Source of the DNA: an uncultured virus (IMG/VR IMGVR_UViG_3300035670_009001) | Lineage: Duplodnaviria > Heunggongvirae > Uroviricota > Caudoviricetes | Reading direction: 5' to 3' (one strand) | Virus record (IMG/VR): IMGVR_UViG_3300035670_009001 | DNA length: 20,000 nt | In this document: positions 1 through 8,425 of the stretch, piece by piece | How the letters are laid out: each line of letters starts with the position of its first letter | Numbering within the stretch: the stretch's first letter is position 1 | Made by a program: the position numbers and the translations under genes | The notes under the pieces: generated by a model | Seen by the model: the letters and a program-made list of their open reading frames with translations, nothing else | Databases searched by the model: none | Told to the model about the DNA's origin: nothing

Positions 1-698
1 CGTAATAATGCAATTGTTGAATCTATGTGGATATAAGAATATACGTTTTCGATTGTATGTACCCTATATTCTTTACCTAGAAAATTTTGTAACCATTTGG
101 CACCCTTTAAATTACCAGTATTAGAAACCAAATACAATATATCATTATTACATCTAAGTATATTAGCTGCATCAAAAACAGGCTCATCATTATTCAATGT
201 AATTTTAGTTAAATCATCTCTTTGATACATTGAATCTAACAATCTTGGTTTAGGAGCACTAACCCAATTTGCACCTTCTTCCATTTTTTTTATAAAAATA
301 TCCTTAAAAGAATCGGTTTCAAATTGTCTAGATCTGAGAGACATGGGAGATTCTAAAATATTATTCCCGATTACAGTTACGGTATCTCGTGGACAAAATG
401 TATAATACTGTGTTGTTTCCCAATAACCATTGGAGACTACTTTTTGTGTATCAATTGGAGATGGTCTGTGTACCTTCACCCCAATGTTAGTCAATAAATT
501 AGAAAGATTTTCTAAATCTTCTTGTGTCTCATCATAAACCTGTTTATCCCAAAAACCAATTTCATTTTTTGGTATCTCAGTTTCAGTCGCATAGTTAATA
601 CAGTGTAAATCTTTACCGTGAGTAGGCATGTTGGCATTATCAATTGTACCAACAATTATTTCCTTTAATTTACCCCATTCATTATTAACTGAAACCAT
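1..698 (-). CDS. Amidinotransferase (glycine / inosamine-phosphate amidinotransferase family), partial, runs off the left edge
   Basis: Not in the ORF track. Manual translation from ATG at 698 gives MVSVNNEWGKLKEIIVGTIDNANMP...YYTFCPRDTVTVIGNNILESPMSLRSRQFE...NWVSAPKPRL...EPVFDAANILRCNNDILYLVSNTGNLKGAKWLQNFLG...HIDSTIALLR, open to the edge. The NEWxxLxEIIVG, PRD, EPxFDAA, GxxWL and HIDST motifs match AGAT/StrB1-type enzymes. The start overlaps the end of the upstream gene by 14 nt. Confidence 0.9.
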   Translation of the reverse strand, partial: MVSVNNEWGKLKEIIVGTIDNANMPTHGKDLHCINYATETEIPKNEIGFWDKQVYDETQEDLENLSNLLTNIGVKVHRPSPIDTQKVVSNGYWETTQYYTFCPRDTVTVIGNNILESPMSLRSRQFETDSFKDIFIKKMEEGANWVSAPKPRLLDSMYQRDDLTKITLNNDEPVFDAANILRCNNDILYLVSNTGNLKGAKWLQNFLGKEYRVHTIENVYSYIHIDSTIALL

Positions 699-1539
699 TT
701 GAATTTAACTTTTTAATCAAATATTTTATTACTATATCTTGCGAATCTTTACCATTGTGCCCACAATCTCGGGCTTTACTTTGACTATCGTCAATTACAT
801 TTATCAAATCAACATTATTAGAAATAAATGATTCTTTATACATCATTTCGAAATCAGTAGAATAACTCCAATGTAGAACTTCGACTCCCGCAGATTTCCA
901 AATTGAATCTACGGTCATTGGGTTAAAATTACTATTTTTTATCAATTCTCCGCAATTTTCTAAATAACTATGGTGATACCATTTACCATATTGTAATGGG
1001 CTTTCAGGATAATATTCTTCAATTCTAGCTCCCGAAAATGTTTCGAATTCCATCCCATCATATCCATCTGTCTTGAATGCATATACTGTTCTGTATGTTG
1101 CAGGCCATTGATAAACCACCAGCTTAGGTAATTTTTTTAATTTTAAAATATGGTTAAAAAATAAAATTGTGTTATACATTTGAAAATCAGAACTTGTCCC
1201 TCCGGCCCCCAAATTAAAAATATCTAAATCTAAAGACTTAGATAACTTAGTGGACCACATATCGTCATAATGTAACCCAACTCCTTCAGTATATGAACAC
1301 CCAAATGTTAATAGATAATCTTCATCTAAATCATCGAATTCTTTTGTCCTGTATCCCCATGAATTGTATTTATATTCAATTTCATTATCATAATAATACC
1401 AATCGGAGCCTTTTTCTTTCTTGTTTTTAAGATAAAGTTCTTCATAATCCGTAGAATGAAAGTATAATTTTTTGTTAATTAATCCATAATTTATTATTAT
1501 AGGGCATTCATTTGTAATTCTGAAAGTTGACATTTCCAA
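685..1539 (-). CDS. SGNH/GDSL-fold protein (putative O-acyl esterase or transferase)
   Basis: Block I-like TFGCSYTEG, block II-like NLGAGGTS and C-terminal DxxH (RDCGH). The start is uncertain because of a 43-nt overlap with the upstream gene. Confidence 0.65.
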   Translation of the reverse strand: MEMSTFRITNECPIIINYGLINKKLYFHSTDYEELYLKNKKEKGSDWYYYDNEIEYKYNSWGYRTKEFDDLDEDYLLTFGCSYTEGVGLHYDDMWSTKLSKSLDLDIFNLGAGGTSSDFQMYNTILFFNHILKLKKLPKLVVYQWPATYRTVYAFKTDGYDGMEFETFSGARIEEYYPESPLQYGKWYHHSYLENCGELIKNSNFNPMTVDSIWKSAGVEVLHWSYSTDFEMMYKESFISNNVDLINVIDDSQSKARDCGHNGKDSQDIVIKYLIKKLNSNGFS

Positions 1540-3416
1540 TATCTATTTTTTCTCTGATAATGATATGATGTATGATAAAAAGTTTTTTCGTCAAATTTTA
1601 CCCCACTATCATAGTGATTCAAATATAACAAAGTTTCTCCTGAATTTAAACAATACTTTAAAGTATCTTTTGAATACTTTTTAGTTATAGGATATGAAAT
1701 TCTATAGTCAAAACACATGTCCATGTTTAATTGGACTACGTCTTCCAAATCCATATTAAACTCTTCATTGACAAATTTTAAAAATTCTTGACGTAAAGTT
1801 TCTCTGTTTTGATGGAAAACAATACTTGTAGCACTTTTGTACTCCCAAAATATGTCATTTTCACCCAATACTTGTCTACCCCAAAACCCATTATTATAAA
1901 ATACAGACTTCAAAGATTCATCCGTTTTTTTTATTTCAGACCCTATCAAAGTTTCGGGATTATTAGTAAAATACCACAACATTTTTTCAATTACATCAAC
2001 ATGTTTGTATCCATGTTTATTAAAAAGGTATTCTAAAAGATAATGGCCCCACCCATAGTAATATAAAACAATCAATAAATGTGAAAATGAATGCCCTTTG
2101 AAAACGTCCTCTTCACTTGCAGTGTTTGTTTCCTTAACCCCCCAAGTATGTTCCACAATATAGTTTTCCAAATCCTCAACACTTAAATAAAACGTATCTA
2201 AAGGGACGGTTTCATATTTTAAACCATGTTTTTCCATATACCATGGTTGACCCATAGTGGCATTGTAGGTTAAAACTAGTGGATGAACCATCAAAAAATC
2301 TTTTTGTCCTAAATCAATTAATTTTTGGATTCCAATTTTTAATGTATCATAGGTTTCATTTGGCATTGGCCAAATTAATTCACTATAAGTAGAAATATTT
2401 TGTTCCCTATATTTTTGTAAATAAGAATATACTTTATCTTGTTTTAAATTAAATCTATTGGTCGCTAGTAATGTATCAGTGTTGAAACTTTGCATTGCAA
2501 ACGTAATCCCCTTAAAAAGTCTACTTTTAGCCTCATTGTCCATGACAGCAATTTCATATATTTGTTCAACATTTGATTTAGCCCACGTTACATCCCAAAA
2601 TTTGGGGTATCCTGTCTCTAACTTTTTTTGAATGACGTACCTCGTAATGTCTTTGTCTCTTTCCATCATACCCCAGTTTGAGTCACAAACACTAACATAT
2701 TCAATTTTTTTATCGGACATCCAATCTATTTCACTATACACTCTTTCTAAATCAAATGTTTTAATTTTTTGCCAATATTCATCACCAATATCACAAAAAG
2801 CACATTTATATGGGCACCCTCTCAGGGTTTCATATGTCACCTGCCATATTTGGGGTCCAATCTCTTTTTCAACTTTTTCAATAATCCAATCATAAAATCC
2901 GGAAAGTATTGGGCTTGGTATTATTTCTAAATTATTTAATCTTGATGGTAGATCACATAATTTTCCACTTTTTGGAAACACATGTGGTATGTTATCATAA
3001 TTTTCATTTTTTAGATACCTTTCTAAAATTTCTTTAAATGCAATTTCACCCTCTCCAAGAACCGCGATATCGAACATTTCATTTTTCTTAAAGAAGTCCA
3101 CGTCTCTTTTATCAACATTTGGTCCTCCAGTAATAATTAAACAATTAGGATATTTCTTCTTTATTTCTTTAGATAATTCTCGATTGTAATTCCAATTCCA
3201 TACATAACTACTTAGGGCTACAACATGCGGTTCGAAATCAATACTTTCAACGTATTTTTTTGGTGATTTTTTTTCAATGATTACATCCGAAACCCTGAAA
3301 TTTTTTTTTACCATTTCACTTGTCTGCGCGTACATCCATTGATAACTGATAGCAAGTGGTAAAAAACTATTAGGTCCGTATTTATCAACGACCTGCACCA
3401 ATAGTAAATTATTCAT
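1497..3416 (-). CDS. Cobalamin (B12)-dependent radical SAM protein, putative class B methyltransferase
   Basis: 639 aa. N-terminal B12-binding-like domain (VVALSSYVWN, IITGGPN, DIAVLGEGE) followed by IPSP...ETLRGCPYKCAFC (CxxxCxxC). Confidence 0.9.
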   Translation of the reverse strand: MNNLLLVQVVDKYGPNSFLPLAISYQWMYAQTSEMVKKNFRVSDVIIEKKSPKKYVESIDFEPHVVALSSYVWNWNYNRELSKEIKKKYPNCLIITGGPNVDKRDVDFFKKNEMFDIAVLGEGEIAFKEILERYLKNENYDNIPHVFPKSGKLCDLPSRLNNLEIIPSPILSGFYDWIIEKVEKEIGPQIWQVTYETLRGCPYKCAFCDIGDEYWQKIKTFDLERVYSEIDWMSDKKIEYVSVCDSNWGMMERDKDITRYVIQKKLETGYPKFWDVTWAKSNVEQIYEIAVMDNEAKSRLFKGITFAMQSFNTDTLLATNRFNLKQDKVYSYLQKYREQNISTYSELIWPMPNETYDTLKIGIQKLIDLGQKDFLMVHPLVLTYNATMGQPWYMEKHGLKYETVPLDTFYLSVEDLENYIVEHTWGVKETNTASEEDVFKGHSFSHLLIVLYYYGWGHYLLEYLFNKHGYKHVDVIEKMLWYFTNNPETLIGSEIKKTDESLKSVFYNNGFWGRQVLGENDIFWEYKSATSIVFHQNRETLRQEFLKFVNEEFNMDLEDVVQLNMDMCFDYRISYPITKKYSKDTLKYCLNSGETLLYLNHYDSGVKFDEKTFYHTSYHYQRKNRYWKCQLSELQMNAL

Positions 3417-4095
3417 TTATAAAAACAGTATTCAATCTTAAATCTTTATAACTTTTATGACTGTGGGAGTCATCATTAATTTCAGATATTTTACTCATAA
3501 GAATTAGACCCCTCGCAGCGTCCTCTGGTGTCATATACATGTGCCAACCACAAAATTCAATATCATCATTCATATAGTTTTTTTCTAAATTACGTCCATC
3601 ATAACAAGCTTTTTTGAACCATTTATACGCTTCATAATCATCACATAAAATCGCGCCTCCTCTTCCAATCGGTAGTCTTTTTTTCATTTGAAATGACAAT
3701 GCTTGAAATCCACCTTGGTACATTCCTTTTGTCCACCTTCCCGCTCCGTCCCAAACGTCAAGCGGGTTTAATTTATAAACTCCTGACCATTCACTTTCGA
3801 TGAATTCAAATTCATAACCCGCATGTAAAATTTGCATCGGTACTGATGCATATGTATGATATGGTATTTTTAATTTTTGTGGTTTATTTATATATTTTAA
3901 AATAAGAAAAAGAGCATTACTACAACAATCAACCGCAACCGCGTATTTAGATCCACAAAAATTAGCGATCTTAGATTCAAAAATAGAAACTATCTCATTT
4001 GGATTATTCCAACAATATCCCATTTTTAAAATTTCTTTTAATTCTGGTCTTTCTAGCTCTTCTGGTAATTGCCCTAATGGCCACTCTTTGTACAT
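3409..4095 (-). CDS. Short DegT/DnrJ/EryC1/StrS-family PLP-dependent aminotransferase
   Basis: FESKIANFCGSKYAVAVDCCSNAL, IPYHTYASV, WDGA (PLP Asp) and SFQMKKRLPIGRGGAIL (PLP Lys motif). Only 228 aa. Confidence 0.85.
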   Translation of the reverse strand: MYKEWPLGQLPEELERPELKEILKMGYCWNNPNEIVSIFESKIANFCGSKYAVAVDCCSNALFLILKYINKPQKLKIPYHTYASVPMQILHAGYEFEFIESEWSGVYKLNPLDVWDGAGRWTKGMYQGGFQALSFQMKKRLPIGRGGAILCDDYEAYKWFKKACYDGRNLEKNYMNDDIEFCGWHMYMTPEDAARGLILMSKISEINDDSHSHKSYKDLRLNTVFINE

Positions 4096-4096
4096 T

Positions 4097-5143
4097 TCAA
4101 ATCATTGTTTCTAATACTTTTAGGTATTTGTCCTTGATTGTTTTTCGCCAATCATCAGTAACGAATACACTTTCTTTTTTTGTATAATTTTCAGCGAAAT
4201 TTGACCAAGTCGATGTGGGTACCTTTACCAAAAAAGAAGTATATGATAGTGAAAATAAATCGACTAAATTTTCAATAACATTACCGTAAACAAAATCACT
4301 TTTTTTGAATCCTGAATTCAAAATATAGTCGTAAACAACATTTAAAATGAAAGTCTTATCTACTAGATTATTTTTATATTTTTTGTAAAAATAATCCATA
4401 ATTTCATCTGGTACATCCGTACTAATATAAAATTTTTGATTTGGATTTATTTTCAACATATTATCCATAATGTTAAAATATAAAATGTCTCTATGAAATG
4501 AGTATGTTGAATTTGATTGTTCCGTTATTACTCTTTTAATTAAACTAAATTTATCTCTTTTATTTTCAGGAAGACTATTTAAATCATCTGTAGTATATGG
4601 TATCCCATTACCTCTTCTTATATGAATACCAACAACATTTTTCATTTCATTAATAATGGACTCTTCAACACTCTTATGTTTTAGTTTTATTTTGGACAAA
4701 GGCCTTTCTATTTTTTCAAAGTCTTTTTTAGTATATAAATTTGTTAATTCTCTATACCCAAAATTACTATAATAATGACCTTTATCTTCGAGTTTAAATT
4801 CATTATTTTTAAACATTTTTTCTATGTCATTGGTATATAATGGAGTTGCGGTATTTATCTTTTTATTAATTGTATCGTACACCGCAATGAATTTTAATTT
4901 TTCAACTTCATGTGGGTCTCCCTCAATATTTGTTATTGTTTTTGTTGTTGGTAAATCCAATAATTTATTTTCAGGCCAATATTTTTCTTCTAATAAAATA
5001 TAGTATTTAAAATCATTTTTTCGATTGATTTCATACGCCACCTCCCAATGTAATATTCTATTACAGAGTCCCGTATCTGTTGTAAATCCGTTCCAACCTC
5101 CAAATGGCTCTGGCCATCGTAATGTTCTTTCGTATTCCGCCAC
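4097..5143 (-). CDS. Fucosyltransferase-like glycosyltransferase (GT11/GT23/NodZ-type GT-B), paralog 2
   Basis: GTG start. Motifs GLCNR, VGIHIRRGN (GDP-sugar motif I), FYISTD (motif II) and DLFSLS...STWS (motif III). Confidence 0.75.
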   Translation of the reverse strand: MAEYERTLRWPEPFGGWNGFTTDTGLCNRILHWEVAYEINRKNDFKYYILLEEKYWPENKLLDLPTTKTITNIEGDPHEVEKLKFIAVYDTINKKINTATPLYTNDIEKMFKNNEFKLEDKGHYYSNFGYRELTNLYTKKDFEKIERPLSKIKLKHKSVEESIINEMKNVVGIHIRRGNGIPYTTDDLNSLPENKRDKFSLIKRVITEQSNSTYSFHRDILYFNIMDNMLKINPNQKFYISTDVPDEIMDYFYKKYKNNLVDKTFILNVVYDYILNSGFKKSDFVYGNVIENLVDLFSLSYTSFLVKVPTSTWSNFAENYTKKESVFVTDDWRKTIKDKYLKVLETMI

Positions 5144-5147
5144 CTAA

Positions 5148-6200
5148 TTATTTTTTTATAAATTGATTATACTTTTTCTTTATTTGAGTTTCCCATAATT
5201 CATCTACACGGGATGAAAGATTATTTTCTTTCCAATCCGCAAAATCGGACCATGTAGAATGTGGTACTTTGATAAGATACCCACAATAAACCAATGAGAA
5301 TAAATCAGAAACAGTTTGCACAATACTCCCATTTAAAATTTCGTGTTTTCGATAACCCGCATTGTGTAAAAATGTTTGAACCGTATTGTAAATGTGTAAA
5401 TTATCTATTAAATTATAACCATATTTTGTTCTATAATATTGCATAATTTCATGAGGTAAATCACTACTAATATAAAACTTTTGATTTGGATTTATTTTTA
5501 ACATATTATCCATGATATCAAAATAAAAACTATCATCATAAAAAAAACAATTATCACAAGTATCAACCGTATATTGATTTTTGAATAATCTAACCTTTTC
5601 CCTTACCTCTCTTGGAAAAGTTTCATAATTTTTTTCATTCAGGTATATACCATTTCCTCTCCTAATATGTACCCCAACTACATCTTTTAATTCATTTTTT
5701 AAATAGTATTCAATACTTTTATGTCTCAAATTTATATAATTAATTGGCCTAACTTCAGGTAAATCGTCAATTTTGTATTTATTAGCTAGCTCATTCAGTG
5801 TCCTGAACCCGAAATCAGAATAATAATGATTTTCAAATTTATTTAAAACAAAATTATTTTTTGAAAATAAAGATTCAATGGTGTCAGTATCTATTGGTGA
5901 TGATAATCTAACGATACCATTTTGAACGTCATATACAGTTTTGAATTTAAAAGAACTAAGTTCGTCAGAATCCATTTCATCAGTATCAACAATTACGGTA
6001 TTAGGTAATTCAATGAGCGGTATTTCAGGCCAATATTTTTTTTCTAAAAGTATTGTGTATTCGTAATTATTATAGCGGTTTATATGTTGAGCAATTTCCC
6101 AGTGAAATATTCTATTACATAAACCAGTGTCGTAGTTATTGCTTTTATCCCACCCATTCCAAGGCTCCAACCATCTTAATGTTTTTTTATATTGAGTCAT
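5148..6200 (-). CDS. Fucosyltransferase-like glycosyltransferase (GT11/GT23/NodZ-type GT-B), paralog 1
   Basis: GLCNR, VGVHIRRGN, FYISSD, DLFSLV...STWS. Co-linear with 4097..5143 and shares IMDNMLKINPNQKFYIS exactly. Confidence 0.75.
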   Translation of the reverse strand: MTQYKKTLRWLEPWNGWDKSNNYDTGLCNRIFHWEIAQHINRYNNYEYTILLEKKYWPEIPLIELPNTVIVDTDEMDSDELSSFKFKTVYDVQNGIVRLSSPIDTDTIESLFSKNNFVLNKFENHYYSDFGFRTLNELANKYKIDDLPEVRPINYINLRHKSIEYYLKNELKDVVGVHIRRGNGIYLNEKNYETFPREVREKVRLFKNQYTVDTCDNCFFYDDSFYFDIMDNMLKINPNQKFYISSDLPHEIMQYYRTKYGYNLIDNLHIYNTVQTFLHNAGYRKHEILNGSIVQTVSDLFSLVYCGYLIKVPHSTWSDFADWKENNLSSRVDELWETQIKKKYNQFIKK

Positions 6201-6203
6201 TTA

Positions 6204-7649
6204 TTAGTTATAATTTTCCTTATCTGAGATGTATTCCCCTGGTTCATAATGTGTTATTCGTCCATCGGTTACTTTTACATTAGGTATTGTTTCATCAACC
6301 ACAATTGAGTTGTACCAATCTTCTATTTCAGGAAAAGTTTCAACAAAACTTTTTTTCCTTCGTTTATCATATTGAGTATAAAAACTTTTAAAGTCGTGAA
6401 ATTGCATTTCCATATCCATTTCAGTTGTGTTGTGTCCTCGATTAACAACCTCAATATAATCAATTAACCTTTGAATTTGAGCCCCCTCATGCATATTAAT
6501 CAATGGATTTTTTTTGTTTTTTCTCCACCACATAGATAATTTACCATGCAATTCGTGTTTAATATCATCGGGTAATGTTAATGGTGACATGAATGCGGGC
6601 CACCTAAGAATATTAAAATCAACAATTGGTTTATTTGACCCATATTTAGACTTTAATATTAACATATCATCTAAAAACTCAGTAATACTAAATAGACATA
6701 AACTATTAATTGTCATCATTATAACGACTTGTCTAATATTTGCACTTTCAATAACTTGTACCAAGTTTTTTCTCCAAACTTTGTAATCCAATCCATCTCT
6801 TATGTACTCTGCTTGAGCTCCATAAGCTTCACAACTGGTATATATATCAAATTCTTTGACATCAATTTCCTGAGTTACATTGATTAACTTATCAATAATT
6901 TCTTGATTTACCCCTAAATTAGAATTAATCGCAACTCTCAAATTAGGTGATGGATATTTTTTAACTTCCTCCATAAATTGCCAAAAATTATGACTCAAGG
7001 TAGGCTCACCCCCTGTCACTCTAATTTCTTGTAATGTTTTCGTTATATCCGGCCACCACTCTAAAAATGCGTCGACATATGGGTTATTTTCGTTGTGTTT
7101 ACCATAGATTTCAGACCAAGACCCATCAGCATAATATGCCCCCGCACTTGTTGTTTTAAACTTTTGATAAGCTCCGTTCTTTTTGATGTCTTTTCCCCAA
7201 GTTGTAGAATAACCCGAATTACAATATGAACACGCAAAATTACAAGTACGATCAAAACTGACCTCAATTGTCTTTGGTGTAATGTCCGCATCCCAAGGAA
7301 GATGTTTGAGTTCTTCAATTTCTTCCTCCGTGTAAATTTGACTTTTATAAACACGATCAGAAATATTATTCCTCCCAATATCTTCTATCTTCCAACAGTA
7401 TGAACATTCTGCAGGTTTAGTCCCCTCCAACATCATTTTTCTGATTTCTTTTTTAAAATCAGTATTATGTAATGCGGATGGATTTGTTTTAATTTTTTCT
7501 AAGTCAATCGGATGTGGTAACGGAAGATGACATGAATTTGTAAATCCGTGACCCAAATGTAAACTAACGTTATACCATTTCGCAGCACAAAAACTACAAC
7601 TCACGGAATTTAAATGTTTATCTCTCCAATTTGCTAACTGCTCTGACAT
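6204..7649 (-). CDS. Radical SAM protein with N-terminal twitch-like Cys cluster
   Basis: CNFACSYC radical SAM motif, TGGEP and INSNL. N-terminal CSFCAAKW...SCH...ECSYCW auxiliary Cys pattern. Confidence 0.88.
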   Translation of the reverse strand: MSEQLANWRDKHLNSVSCSFCAAKWYNVSLHLGHGFTNSCHLPLPHPIDLEKIKTNPSALHNTDFKKEIRKMMLEGTKPAECSYCWKIEDIGRNNISDRVYKSQIYTEEEIEELKHLPWDADITPKTIEVSFDRTCNFACSYCNSGYSTTWGKDIKKNGAYQKFKTTSAGAYYADGSWSEIYGKHNENNPYVDAFLEWWPDITKTLQEIRVTGGEPTLSHNFWQFMEEVKKYPSPNLRVAINSNLGVNQEIIDKLINVTQEIDVKEFDIYTSCEAYGAQAEYIRDGLDYKVWRKNLVQVIESANIRQVVIMMTINSLCLFSITEFLDDMLILKSKYGSNKPIVDFNILRWPAFMSPLTLPDDIKHELHGKLSMWWRKNKKNPLINMHEGAQIQRLIDYIEVVNRGHNTTEMDMEMQFHDFKSFYTQYDKRRKKSFVETFPEIEDWYNSIVVDETIPNVKVTDGRITHYEPGEYISDKENYN

Positions 7650-7684
7650 TTTTTAATTTTTTTAAAATATACATTATTTTTTAA

Positions 7685-8425
7685 CTATAATACAAATTCA
7701 TTCGGAACTTTTTCCAAAAAATTTGTATTACTTGACTCATCGTAAACTATCCCAATATTATTAATGATTTTAAAATCATATAAACAAAGAATATTGTTAT
7801 AATTTTTTTTATTAATTAATTTTTCATTTTTCGAATTGTGAATATCCTTAACTTCTTCAATATCACTTACATTTTTAATTATTGAAAAAAATTCATAGTC
7901 AACTTCACAATGATACCTATGTTTTTTCTCGTATGATTGAGGACTAGCACATCCTAAGAATAATTCAGGAGTTTTATAGTCTTCCACAAACTCTCCCCCC
8001 ATATCCATTCTGTTGATTTCAACAAAATTTTTATATGCTATTAAAATGTCTTGATCTCTAACAATTGTAATTGTCACCCCATTTTCAATATCATCAACAT
8101 TCACACCCGTCATGTGCAAATATCTGAATTCATCTATACCATCGACCGTGGTGACCCAATATTCAAATGCTACAGACTGCGCCAATGTATTATAAGAAAG
8201 CCCAATGGGTTTTCCAGGTTTTCCATAGACCATCGACACATCATCTCTTTCAAATATTTTTTCAATTTTGAATGTAGAACTGATTACAAATTTTTTATTA
8301 TACAAAAAATTTGTGAACTCGTTATTAGTATTTTTATTGAATTCTGTCACATATTGATTATCAGGATGTTCTTTAATATCCCACTCAAATTTTATCCAGT
8401 AAGGTTGTCTATATTGTATTTTCAT
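7685..8425 (-). CDS. Stand-alone LamG/concanavalin-like beta-sandwich protein
   Basis: 246 aa. Aligns by eye along its length with residues 1-220 of 8409..10505 and shares DYxxxx(F/Y)(L/I)GC with the LamG-like insert of 11923..13368. Confidence 0.6.
   Translation of the reverse strand: MKIQYRQPYWIKFEWDIKEHPDNQYVTEFNKNTNNEFTNFLYNKKFVISSTFKIEKIFERDDVSMVYGKPGKPIGLSYNTLAQSVAFEYWVTTVDGIDEFRYLHMTGVNVDDIENGVTITIVRDQDILIAYKNFVEINRMDMGGEFVEDYKTPELFLGCASPQSYEKKHRYHCEVDYEFFSIIKNVSDIEEVKDIHNSKNEKLINKKNYNNILCLYDFKIINNIGIVYDESSNTNFLEKVPNEFVL

Noticed and set aside
7650..7687. TAG read-through or stop-codon recoding joining the LamG and radical SAM genes
   Set aside because: The 35-nt spacer puts the genes out of frame, and genes across the window are intact under the standard code.
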